DNA of 64,000 nucleotides from Yuukianura sp. NJ FZ-2021 (taxonomy: Eukaryota). The DNA is taken from positions 12,276,001 to 12,340,000 of the forward strand of contig CM102285.1 of assembly GCA_046563655.1 (NCBI GenBank), in the 5' to 3' direction. Positions 43,701-56,000 of this stretch are shown here, piece after piece. Each line of letters begins with the position of its first letter. Position 1 is the stretch's first letter. The notes below the pieces were generated by a model. The model worked only from the letters and a program-made list of their open reading frames with translations. It did no database searches and was not told the DNA's origin. The position numbers and the translations under genes were made by a program.

Positions 43701-46401
43701 AAAAGAATTTTTGTGGAAAATCAATAATTTTTTGATGAATTTTATAAAAACTGAGGAATAACATATACGCCGCTTCGAAAAAAATATTTCCCACTTGCGC
43801 TTCTGAAGTTGTGGAAATCACGTAATAAAACAATTAATTTTAATACGGCGTCGAATTTGTAGCAATGTAGTAATTTCTTTTTCACTTTGCATTTTGAATT
43901 TCGGTTTTCTGGAATACAAACGACGCTTCGAATTTAACGTTGCAGAATTGTGACAGATGGATTTTTGTCTTGAAAACGGAAATGGGATCTTTAGGTTATA
44001 AGTTAAGAAACATTTCAAAATGCATAATTTCAGGCGTTAATTTTTTCGTATTTTGATCTCTACAGACTGGAAGGTGGAGCCCCGAATTCAGCTACGTGTC
44101 TTTTAAATCAAAAATTACAAATGCTCAATTGCTGTATCGAGAAGAAACTACTGCGAGAAAAGAAAGAAACGGAAGTAAATACTGCAGCTGCCGAAGAGGA
44201 CACTGGTGCAGGTAAGGAATCCAGCTTACTGGAAATATTTAAAGACAGTTGTTGCGGATTTTTGCAAGATTTGCTTTGATTTATTTGTGGAGTGAATCCC
44301 ATTAGGCAACTTTAACCCCCAGAGGCCGGACTTGTTTAGCCAAGATACTTGAATTGTTGAGCATCAAACAGAAATATGATGAATTAGATGCAGGAGAGTG
44401 GGTTTGCAATTGGCGAAAGTAATAAGCAACATGACATGTACTTGTGAATGATTGAGTTGCTCCATTTCCTTTCATTTGCTCAACCGTAAACCATTCTAAA
44501 TATTCTTATACACTTGTCATTCTGCTCTAAATCTGACAATTCCATTCACTGCATTCCAAAATCCACTTGTCAACCAATTGTGAAATCAATCGTGTGATGA
44601 TTGTAAAGACGAGTCCTAAAAATCATAAATCGCATCACGTATGTACCAAGTACTTGTGATCTTTACCTTCACTTTAAAAAAAAGTGGGTGATATGACATC
44701 CGATAGGAATGTTGCGGTCCGCAGACTTTCGTTTTCACAAAATAATTTTTTTTTATGTTTTATGATAAAGTTTTATGCCATGTAAAGTTTTTATTTTGTC
44801 TAGCATAGGATTTAAGTTGGGCCAGAAATACAAAATAATTAATCGGAATTTTCTCCTTGCATTTTTAGAAAGCGACGAAGACGAATTTTTTGATTGCGAA
44901 GATGACTTACCCGCTCCAGAAGACATTGTAGGACGCCTTCATAAGCCAACCGGAAGGTTATCCAAATGTGGACGACTAAGATTGCTGAAATCTGGCGAAC
45001 CATTATACGTACCTGTCACACAGGTAAAGTAATTAGTAATTCATTGTTTGCAACTTTGACGTGGAGAAATGGCGTTGATTGGTTCCGATTTATCTGATCT
45101 TTTCTTTTCTGAACTTGCCTAACATCATTTTGCGTTTCATTATTACACAATTTGTAATGATGTTTCTTTTTTTATGCGTAGGATCCTGCTCCACTGACAG
45201 AAGATGGCTTTGAGGAGCAGACGAAAATGCTTGTCGAATTGGGCGATGATGATGAAGGAACTGAGCAAAGGGCCAAGCTCATGAGTGCTTCACTTGCTTC
45301 TGATATGCAATCATTTAAGGTTGGTTAGCATTAAATTGCACTGATGAATAAAAAGTGACGAACATTTGTCTTGTTTTTCCTAGGCCGCGAATCCAGGGTG
45401 TTGCTTGGAAGACTTTGTTCGATGGTATTCTCCTCGAGACTGGATTGAGCATGATGCTACGGATGATTTTGGAAATAAAACTGGAGAATTAAGCGTCAGA
45501 ATGAAGATGCCCGGAAATCTGTGGCTGGAGGTGTGGGCGTCCACGGCTGCTGTTTCTGCTAGAAGACAAAAACGGCTATTTGATGACACACAGGAAGCGG
45601 AAAAAGTAAATGAGTTTTCTCTGTTGATTATCCACTTTATTGTTAACACTTAAACACTTGAATTAAATTCTTGATTCCTAATTCGTGATTGCTTGAATCC
45701 AACAGATCCTGTCTTGGCTCAGAAGCCGAACGCTGCGTGATATTTCACAACTGATCTTCCCCTGTCTAGCCCATGCTGCTACCTTGAAATTTTTTGATGA
45801 AGCGGATGCATTAAACGTGAACTGCAGCGTTCCAGCAACCATAGTCCAGCATTTGACACAGTTGACGAAAAATTTGGGTCAAGATGTCCTAAACGCCATG
45901 TTTGGTCAATCTAGTGCCTCAGATAGTGGAATTGAGAACTGCGGATACACTGCAAATGGTACTAGCGCTTACAAGTTCGGCCTCTTGTCTTCCCTTGCAA
46001 AAATTGAGAGAGAGATTTGCCAGCTTCGCTCATTCCAGCAAAAATTTCCGGAAATTGATTTAAGTACGCTGTTGGAAGAGGAGAAGAAGGAAAGTACTAC
46101 TGGATGCCCGCCTTATCTGATACCGAAATACATCAAAGTCGAAGCTGGACACGAATCTGATGTTGGGAAAAGAATCTGCGACATTTTTCAAAAAGAAATC
46201 CTAGTTCATGACCAGTCGGAGTCTGTCAACGACTTTAAATTCGGAGATCCGTTGAAGAAAGTGTTTGTGCTGAGATATGTACCAACGAAGTCCTCCGGCG
46301 GAAGTCCGGAAGTTGCTCTTCCGCAGCGTATGAGCTGTTGCATAAAGAAGAACGAATTCAAAGTGGCTGGAACATTTTCAACTCAAACAGGCCTAGGATA
46401 A
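28790..46401 (+). CDS. Rab3GAP1: Rab3 GTPase-activating protein catalytic subunit (multi-exon; 13.3-kb intron 30768-44065)
   Basis: FEDFTTASDWE, YSDLDP, ELRYRWE, CLLNQKLQMLNCCIE, GEPLYVPVTQ, SDMQSFKAANPGCCLEDFVRWYSPRDW, ARRQKRLFDDT and PQRM. Confidence 0.93.
30892..36435 (-). CDS. LRR - LRRCT - Ser/Thr-rich - FN3 - TM cell-surface protein (hattifattener-like), nested antisense in the Rab3GAP1 intron
   Basis: Multiple LxxLxLxxN repeats, CDCRIRW LRRCT, Thr/Pro-rich stalk, FN3-like VQWE...FRIIYRMFG...CVV, TM IGASVAIFLAILIAVFIFIVI and cytoplasmic tail ending DLVQL. Confidence 0.88.
33970..35137. mobile_element. PIF/Harbinger-like non-autonomous element (1168 bp) with internal satellite
   Basis: TIR TGCcCGTATACATAATGaCGGtTCAC versus TGCtCGTATACATAATGcCGGaTCAC (reverse complement of right end). 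TAA at 33967-69 and 35138-40. Subterminal tatacataat copies. Confidence 0.82.
34366..34747. repeat. TGCGCA-core minisatellite (mixed 7- and 11-bp units, ACTGCGC / ACTGCGCAAGC)
   Basis: Visible tandem array that produces low-complexity ORFs in several frames. Confidence 0.95.
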
Positions 46402-46818
46402 TGTTATTCTACTAGGAAATATATATTTTCGCACGCTGTAAGCCATATTTAATTGCATATTTGCACTGCCTCTAGTAAGGATTTGGTGTGCTCGACCTGA
46501 TTGTGAATGTGATATAAAATTTCCGCTATTTTAAGGATAGTTACATCAACTTTCGGATCGCCAATTACTAATTATCACAATAAATTATTCAAAAAACTAA
46601 CTTAATTTGTCTTAAAACCGAAATAAAAAATGCTACGGCCAATTCAATCCAGTCCTTACCACTGATTTGCACGTGCAAATAAATACTTCTTCAAAGATCT
46701 CTTGCTTCGTTCAATTTAAATTGAATTTTAAAAACCAAGATTAACTGCAGCATTAAGCCTAAAAAACCGGTTTTTTAACGCCTTTTAATAATTAATTAAG
46801 GAATTAACTCAATCCGTT

Positions 46819-48590
46819 AATTGAGCGAGTTTAGGAAATAATTTGGCAAAAGAGATGCAAGAAATAAAGTGCGAATTTTTGGAGCATTTGATTCCCATAA
46901 GACAAGGAGGGACGCCGCTGGTTGTGTGGAAAAGTTGACAGGAGATTACAAAGCACGAGAAGGCTCCTCTCCCTCCTTTGTCTACGAGAGAAGTGAGTGC
47001 GGGAAAATAAAAAAAAGTTGAGGTGGGCAGGGTAGCCTTTCTGGGCCGTATGATCCCCTTGCAGCTCGTGTCGCTTTTAAAACTGACTCCTCATCTTCCC
47101 CATGTTAAATCTCTCTCAGAAAATTTCGAAAAATCAAAGACTTTAAAAATTCATATCTCGCGAACGGAAAGCGATAAAAAGCTAATCTCTTCGCGAGTCA
47201 GCTTTAAAAAATGTAAAGAATAGTTTAAAATTTTAAAAATTAAAAAAAAAAATTCGAAAAAATTTTTTCAGAAATTCGCCGGAAACTTATTGTTCGCTTT
47301 TAAACTCTTTTAAAACTTAAAAAATACCTACTGTACGTTGTTCTGAATTCAGCAGTGAAGAGATCTCGCAAATAATACATTCCGTTTCCGAGATATGAAT
47401 TTTGAAACTTTTTGATTTTTGAAATGTTTTGTATGGAAATAAGTTTGAATGGACGAAAAAGTTGAGGGATTAGCCCATTCAAAAGTCATCACTTTCCGAC
47501 TCAACTTTTTCACTCTCCTACAAACACACTCATTTTTTGGCAGTTTTTCACTTCAAAAAATTTCCACTTTGCAGCGATTTCTGTGGCTCCAGCGCTAGGA
47601 TCTAGTCATCCGACATCGTCCTAAACAATTTGATGCCAAAATTTTAAAAAATAAAAAACAGGAAGTACAGAAAAAAAGCACACCATCAAAATTTTGACAG
47701 CTTGAGGGTGCTTTTTAGAATTTTTTAAAAATTCTACACATTTTTCTGAATTCAGGCGTGTAGAGTACAATTCTCTATGTCTTTCCGTTCAAAAGTTATG
47801 ATTTTTTAAAGTTTTTTGAATTTTGAAATTAAGTTTGAATGGAGGAAAAGTTGAGGGATTAGCCCATTCAAAAGTCATCACTTTTCGATTCAACTTTTTC
47901 ATCCCCCTCCAAACACTCATTTTTAGCAGTTTTTCACTTCGAAAAATTTCCACTTTGCAGCGATTTCTGTGGCTCCAGCGCTAGGATCTAGTCATACGAC
48001 ATGGTCCTAAACAATTTGATGTCAAAATTTTAAAAAATAAAAAACAAGAAGTACAGAAAAAAAGCACACCATCAAAATTTTGACAGCTTGAGGGTGCTTT
48101 TTAGAATTTTTTAAAAATTCTACACATTTTTCTGAATTCAGGCGTGTAGAGTAAAATTCTCTATCTCTTTCCGTTCAAAAGTTATGAATTTTTAAAGTTT
48201 TGGAAATTTAAATTTTCGGGGGAGAGATTTTGTATTGGTTTGTGAAGGAAGCTGCTGGGAAACCATCCGAGCTGACAGGAGATTATGCGACCCAGAAAGG
48301 TTCCTCGCCCTCCCTCTACTTTTTCCCGCAACTCAAACTCCCATACAAAAAGCAATACAGGAGGAACTTTCCTATCTGCCTCTCTGCTCCGTACAATCTC
48401 CGATCTCAATTTCTGCTTTCTCGAACATCTCTCTTGCAAAACTCTCTTTTCAAAGGGAGAGGAGTCTTCTCGTGCTTTAGAATATCCTGTCAGTTCTTCG
48501 CTTGTCTTATGGGAATCAAGTGGGCTCCAAAAATTCGCAATTTATTCCTTGCATCTTTCCCTTAATATTTACTTCCTAAATTCGCAAATT
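46819..48590. mobile_element. Foldback-like element with long imperfect inverted repeats and an internal ~388-bp tandem duplication
   Basis: tgcgaatttttggagc..ttgattcccataagacaag (~46870-46905) is the inverse of cttgtcttatgggaatcaa..gctccaaaaattcgca (~48501-48539). Inverted similarity extends in patches over about 350-400 bp. Direct copies at ~47437-47814 and ~47827-48200. Confidence 0.8.
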
Positions 48591-50029
48591 GCGGCCCGTG
48601 AGAGGTGCAGCGAGCACTTCGTTTCAACACAAAGTAAATCAAATCGTTAACTACTTGTTTCCTCACTTACAAATTCAAATTTCAAATGAAAACCACTTTA
48701 AGAAAAATGGCTGATCAGTGTTCGGAAGCTGACGAGAGCTCTAATTATTATTCTAAATTCTTTGTTATCAATAATAAATCAAGTAAAATACACAATCAAT
48801 TTATTTCGAAATTTATTTATTAAACGTTTCTTAATTCACTTCAACAATTTCCTCCACGTCAAATTGAGTGAACAATTTCAATTTTGAAGTTCAAAATGCG
48901 AACTTTCAACACAGATTCAAGAGTTTGATGAACTTGCGATTTCCACCCCCTAGCAAATTGGTCTAAAAATTGAGGGCAAAGAAAAACGCTTTTACCTTAA
49001 ATAAATTATCAAAACAAAGTATCGTTCGGACTAGGTTGAATAGCAAGATTTAAATTATGAGTTTATCAATCAACATGTACAGCCCAGTTGATTTTTAAGC
49101 TTACATTCAATTTCGTGGTTCTTTAAAATAATTGACAATTAAGGCCACACCATACCTCACAGATTTGTTTTTTTCCTAACGAACAAATGGGCTTGTCCAC
49201 GTTTTGTTAATTTAGTATTCTTGGTAAGTATCTTGAGAGGTTTTAGCACCGACAAGGAAGGCACGCGAGCAGGGTTTTAAATTCCCTAAAATTTGAAGCT
49301 TTAGAGTTCAAAGATTTTAAAGTAATTTCTGAAGTCTATGTCTAAAAGGAAGCTAATTAGTTTAAGCGTAAACACGAAACAGTAATGTCGATTTTTAGGC
49401 AATCCAAAAGAGAATTACAATAATTTTGAAAATGGTTGAAAAAGAATTACGGTTTGTCGTTGTTTGAGAACAATTTTAACCCTAGCCCTTCACGATGTAA
49501 TAAGTAAAGGTACTTTATGACATTTTGATAATCTAACTGACTAGTATAATTGGATTTGAGTGAAAAGCAAACCCATCAATTGTTTGCTTAAACAATGTTA
49601 ATTTTGCTTAAAAAGAATTTTTAACCGCCTAAGTTCTGAGAGTGGTGACTTTCACTTTCCCTGAGAATTTCAAAGGAAAAGTCATCACAATTCACAACAT
49701 TCCATTATCGCGCATCCAGCAGAGAGCACTAAGATTCTAAAGTCAACAAGAACAAGCAGCGCAGCTACGAATTAATAATTTTTCAATTTCTCCAGAGGGA
49801 ATGATTCGACTGAAAAGTAATGCAAATCTCCATTGAGTAAATTCCTTGTTGCTTCTGGTTAGTAAATTCAAGGGATCCCCTTCTAAACTTGTCTTGAGGC
49901 TGAGAGCGACGAGACAGTTGAAGGAGTGTTTTTGACTTGTGTTGAAGATTTGTCCCGTTTGTGCAGGAGAAAGAAGGTTGAACAAGGCATTATTGTGAAA
50001 GTGAGGAGAGTCAAAGTGTCCTGGAGGTG

Positions 50030-53000
50030 CTACGTCAGTAGCTGCAGGAATATAATGGCCAATGACAAGTTGACAAGGAGCACCAGCACCATCAGCTTCT
50101 GACGTGAGAACCAATTCTGGAAAAGTCATTCAACAAAAGTCAGGGAATTTGTGTCAAAATTATCATATTAATTGGAACTCCCTTCTCAGGGAATTCTTTA
50201 CGCTTAAAATAAGAGTGTCACAGCTTACTTTGAAATTAGGATTGAGCAAATACAGGAGCGGATTAGCTCGCTTTCTCTCGGCTTCATCCTGAAGGCGATG
50301 TAATTCCTGGCGACGAGCAGATCCTAACGCTGAAATTTCTTCACGGGACATTCCTGGTGTCGCTTGCGGGAGAGAAGCAACGTCTGGAAGGCTCTTTTTC
50401 CGTTTCAAAGGAACTCCACCCATAGGACCCATCTGCAAACCAAAAATAAATGTTTATAAATTAGAATTCTGTGTAAAATATTGTTTCAATTTAATTTTTG
50501 ACATAACTCCCATAAATTGTTTTATTCTCAACTCTGTTTTCATAATCTGATCAGCATCAAAGTCAAAAACGGCGTTCAACCTTAACTCGAAGCATTCTGC
50601 CCAATCTTACTGTATTTGGAAGCGCTGTCTATAGAAATCAAATTACTCGACACGACAGGCTGAAAATTACGGAGGCATCTTAAACGACCAGTGAAATAAA
50701 AGACCTCCCATTCCACTTTCTATTTTTATTCAGTTGAGTCAGATTTGTTTTAAAAAGTGGGATTCCTGTTCTTCTAAAGTTTCTTTTCCCTAAATCCTCA
50801 TTCTTTGTATTCAAGAAAAGACAATGATACAGAAGTGGGCGACACTTTGGAATGGAATTCTGATCCCTGCGACCCAATTTTTTCCTTTCTCTTGAGTCTC
50901 TCAAGACAAATCTCATGTTCAATTCTCCATTCTTCTTCCCCTTCGTTAACTCCTTCTTTTTGCAAAGACAAAAGCTTGAAGATGTCTCGTCATTCCGAAA
51001 CTTCTATTACCCTAGCTCCTTGTTGGCATAATTTATTTAGTGGGATCCTCTAGCACACCAACCAACAACACTACGACTCCACTTGTGTATTTACTCTTAG
51101 GGATTTTGCCAGGGAATTTCGTGGTGAAAAGAACGGAGGAGAGCGTCCTAATGGCTCCCAGCACCAGCACTTGCCTCAGCAGGAACTCCCGAAAAAACTT
51201 CAAGGGAGAAAACTTTTCTTTTTTTGGCCACTTGCCCCAAGGTTCAGGCCTCACACATGAGGGGAGAAAATCGTCTTTTGGGAACCTTCTCAACACTTAT
51301 TTAGGAAACGTACTAGAAAATAGGCCTTCCACCATCAGCACAAAACTACTGCTCTTCCTCAGGGTGACTTTCTTTTAGTTTGGCCCAACATAAACTGACT
51401 AACAACGAAAAACTTGGGAAGATCCTTAAAGAAACAAGATGTTCATGATCCAATGCAACTCATTTTGCTAATTTGGCTGTCCAAACACCCATTCACAAAC
51501 CTTCTTTCATCTCTAAAGCCTTCTCAAGAGGCTTTTTCTTCTGTAAATCAAACTCAAAGAACCTGGACTGACTTTTCTTAGCTCGTGTTACCCGGATTAC
51601 GGCTTCCCCCTCTCTTAACCCATTCATTAGCCTCCGGATTCGTTTCAATTCCTTCATCTTCCGAAAAAAAATTTACTCGTGTTAGATAATCATAGAGATC
51701 GTGCCAGGCAAAAAAGCCTTTTGTCAAAACATCCGCCTTCTAATGATGCTATTAGTGGCCTTCCATTCAAGTTCCAATTCTCTTTGGTGCTAACAAACAT
51801 GACATAATTTTCTTCCTGTTTTCTTTTTTTGGAGTAAAGAATTCAGAAAGATGTTATCCAAGACGTTAAGTATTGGATAAGATACTGGAATGATCTAATG
51901 GGTTCCGTGATATTGTTGTTGAATCCCTATTTCTAAAAGACTTGCGACATTCTATAGCCACGAAACCCAGCAAAACGAACAAAAAATCGTCTCGTTAAAA
52001 CTAATAATCTATTGATCGCCAAGCTCTTTAAGTGTAAGTTACGTAAGACGGTTTCAAGTTTGAGACCACTTTTAAAAACCTCGGTAGAATTACTCAGAAG
52101 TTCCTGAACTTCTTCGGTTTAGAAAATTACTAACCCAATCTTCATAAATGATGAAAGTTTTCAAGATTATAAATCCTGGAGGAACCTTAACATCAAAAAT
52201 TTATGTCCTCTTAAGCTAATAAATTATGAAACGTGGAAATCAAGACTTACTTTGGAAGGTGGTGAAGGAATTAAGGGTGAGGGAGCATTTGGATCTCCAC
52301 ATTTGAGAAAAAGTGATTCAGTTCGTTTCGGAGTATACAGCGAAGGATGAATTTCTTGACCAAGGCCACGTTGTCTGATAATCACTTCGTCAATGACTCC
52401 GCTCCCATGATTGCTACTGGTGTCAGAAAATTTCCCAACACCGTCCATTCCCATGTTACGAGACGGCGTCTCAGCTCTTCTAGGAACATTTCCGTCCATC
52501 CCTGCCATCATGTCCAAGTTGATATTGCTTGATCTGATGGGATTTTGTGAAGTGGCTGGACTAAGGGGCGGTGGCTCAGCATACGGCGTCCTCTGTCGCG
52601 ATTGTGCCCGACTATGAAGGCCAACTTCTGGTGTCTGAGCTCTCGTCACTGATCGCTGCCGAGAGTATCGATCTCTAGAACTGTCTCGGTCTCTGCTCGG
52701 TGGCCTCTTGTAGTGATCAAAGTGGTCACTCATGGCTTGCTGATAATTGTAGGACGATGGGTTTGGATTGTTAGGCCGCTGCATTTGGGAACTTCGTCTC
52801 ACGGTATCTCGTCCTCGTTCTCGTAAAATACTGCTTGGATGATCATAGCCTCCACCACTGGTCTCCGCATTTCCAGCGTACGTAAAATGTTGGGAATGTG
52901 ATGCTGGAACAGATTGATTATAGTTCATCATGGGAGGGTTTCTTCCAGGCACTTGATTTCCCATTGAGTCTCTCATTCTACTTCCGCCACCTTGGTTCAT

Positions 53001-56000
53001 AACATTGTTTCCCATGAGTCCTTTTTGACCTCCGTGGAGGTCAGTCAAATTCTGATGTGAAAGGCGCGTTTGGTTGTGCATTCCTGCTTGCTGTGAAATG
53101 TCATTGGGTCGATTACTGTAGTGATGTTGTTGGTCGTGTTGAAATGAGACAGCGTCTACTCTACTGCTACTACTATGATGGCCACCGTCGAGTCGATCCG
53201 GAATCGATGTATTAAATGACGAGGAGGGATTATTGTGCGTTTGACTATTGTGTTGTTGGTACGAAGTCGAAGGGTCACCACCGCCACCATAGCTGTGTTC
53301 CACTGACATTTCCCTGTCTCTGCTCCTGCGTGAACTTGAAGGGGGCCCTTCATCTCTCAATTTTGACGGTCCAATTTTACTCCTGAGATCTGGTACTTGA
53401 TGCTGTTGGGACGGATATGAGGGTGGTGGTGGCTGCTGCTGTTGACGTTGTTGGGCTTTCACGACTTCCGTTCCTGTCAAGTTAGACTTTTAATTACTTT
53501 TATTCATCTTCCAAATAACTCAATCAAAATGCTTTTACTCAGGGATTAAGTGAAAGTTCACATGAGAGAGAGAGGCAGAGATTAAAGAAAAAGTAGCACC
53601 AGCCGTCATCCATGGTACCATGGACAGCGTGCCGAAAGCGCTTCAATCTCCACTAAAAAAAATCTCTCTTCCCTTGTGTTAAACAAAAATTTAACATCAA
53701 CAAGAGAACGAACCTGGCTGATGAAAATCTGGAGCAAACTGTTTGGCTATCACTCTTGCAATTTCAGAGTCTTCTCTAGCATGTGAAGCTGCAATGTCAG
53801 CTTGTTCGGCCTTTCCTCTCGCTGTTGATGTTCTAGAATTTGGAAAGAAGAAAAAAGAGAAAGTTAAAGACTATCAAAAGTGTGAAGATAAAAAACGAAA
53901 AAAAAAACCTAAATCTTTCATAAAACCCGTTCCAGGCGAATCTCCTTTTCCAGCTTTCACTGACTCTGATTATCTCACCTGGAAATGGCAATATCCGCCT
54001 TCTGGAGCGCAATTTTGGAGGCACGCTGAGCCGCATTGACGGCCGCATCAATCCTCTCACGAAACTTTGCCGATCTCATCAGAAACAAATGTTTCTTCTT
54101 TTGAGACGTGATGAGGACATTGTTCTTATACTTTCCCTCTTCTGTCGTACCGTCCTTGAGCGTCGTAACTCCGTAGCCATACTTCTTGTTATTATACCAT
54201 TCACCTTCATACTTGAGTCCATCCGTTCGTTCGCTGATTCCAAAGCCGCTTCTCTTGTCATTTTTCCATTCACCCATATATGTCTCCGTGACGTTTGTGT
54301 CCATATGCTCATCCTATTCTCGGGAAAGAAATCAAACCAAAAAAACAGACGGAGAACAATCAGCGTCAAACATTAAAAAACCTGAACTTCCAGCCCACAA
54401 AACCTTATCGAAAAATTTCAACTCAGCTGCCAGAAACCTCGGAAGCAAAAGAAACCTCGTCTTCCTATTATAAAGAAGCTCTCGAGGCAGGGCAGAAGAG
54501 AATTTCTAAAGGTTTCCTTTCCCCTTCACCGAATTTTATATTGACGGGTTTAGAAATATAAAAAATAGCTTCACTGTTAGCTTCATTTCCAGTGCTAACA
54601 GTGTGGCTGTATAACACTTTATTCCTCAATAAAACTGCTCCTACCGCTGAATAGGAATGACCCTAAGAGGCAGGAAGTTAAAAACGGTTTTATATTTACG
54701 TTCAGTCCGGTCCTTCCAGCCTCTCCAAAGAGTAGCGCTGGCTGAAAAGAGAGGATTTACATGAGCTGTTACTTTGATGGCGCCAGTAAAGAACTTAATG
54801 CAATAAAATTATTTGCCGTCTTTAGCTTCTCTCGAATAAATGAATCCTAAAGCGATGAAAGTCGGCGGACAAGCCGGAGAAAGCGAAGCCGCTTTCTCCG
54901 CCCTAAGCCCATCTCCTTTTCTGCTTCTCGTTAACGTTACCAACGGAATCTTTCCTTATAAACGTCAATGTTGTGAAAAACGTAGATTCGTTTCCTTCCT
55001 TACAAAGTCGCAAATGTTGAGTCTTAAAAAACCACCCACTTCAACTGAAGACGCTGAATTTCAAAATTTCGTCGAAAAGTGCAGCGCTTTTCGGAACATT
55101 CCAAATTCCACTACATTTTTCGCAATTACTTTGACATCACAATCCGCAGCGCCACACTTTTTGAAACTTTCTTCCCCAGCAATAGCTCAAAAACTTAACA
55201 ATTCAACAGCGTGGCTTGCCCAAATTATTTGCCTGTCAAGTTCACCACAATTTCATCTTTTCCAAATTTGGACAAATTACCTCAACAACAAAGGATGCGT
55301 TGGAGTCCGTATGGTGAGAACCGGACGTGACACCAGACTGTGCCGATTCATTACTCATCCAGGAAGAGGAACTGACGGTGGACCGAATGCTCGTATTTGT
55401 CGTTGTGCCCTTCTTATCCAAATCTCCCGTACTCCGCTGTTTCCGAAGTTTCAATCCCTGGAGTAAACAAAAACAGAAAAAGAAACCTGATTTGATTCAC
55501 TAGGATTTTCCTTTTCTATAAATTATTTAAGGACGCTCGACATTCAGAGGGGAATAGGAGGGGAGATGTGTCTTGAATTTCAAAACCAAAACTCAGGAGA
55601 CTTGGTTTTCAAGATCAGATTTTCTCAACGATTTAAAGGAATCAAAATCGTCCCGTCCTTTTCTGCAGCTTTGAAGCTTTGCTACAGTTTTGTGGCCATT
55701 TACCCACAAAACACAGTCCAAATTTTCAAAAATTGGAAGCAAATCCTTCCAAATCCCAAATATTGGCTGCAAAATTCAAGTTTCCCAAAAATCTAAACTT
55801 TAAATATTTCAATTCGGCCATCACTGGCGTCAAAGTTCAGCAATTTCCGGGTTTATAAAAATTCTTTTCCCCAAAAAGACAAAAAAAATTCCTTTTTGTC
55901 CCTCTCTTTTTTCTCACAGTTTTACAATATTTAGATTTTAAACAAAATTGAACTTTTTTCAACAGTTTTCTTTAGTAGTACCCAATAGAACAAGCAAAGG

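Noticed and set aside
44590..44700. C-box-like GTGATGA in a Rab3GAP1 intron (snoRNA?)
   Set aside because: No suitably placed D box (CTGA) or terminal stem was found.
47023..48650. ORFs within the foldback element as a possible transposase
   Set aside because: Short overlapping ORFs with no DDE or DNA-binding motifs.
49880..50030. Possible stop-codon readthrough after the junctophilin TAG-C
   Set aside because: An open stretch of about 48 codons is compatible with chance, and no conservation evidence is available.
50680..51700. ORFs in a junctophilin intron as an alternative exon or nested gene
   Set aside because: No recognisable domain and no convincing in-frame splice pair.
54840..55466. 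208-aa plus-strand ORF
   Set aside because: Partly antisense to a junctophilin exon, with no motifs; likely a chance ORF.
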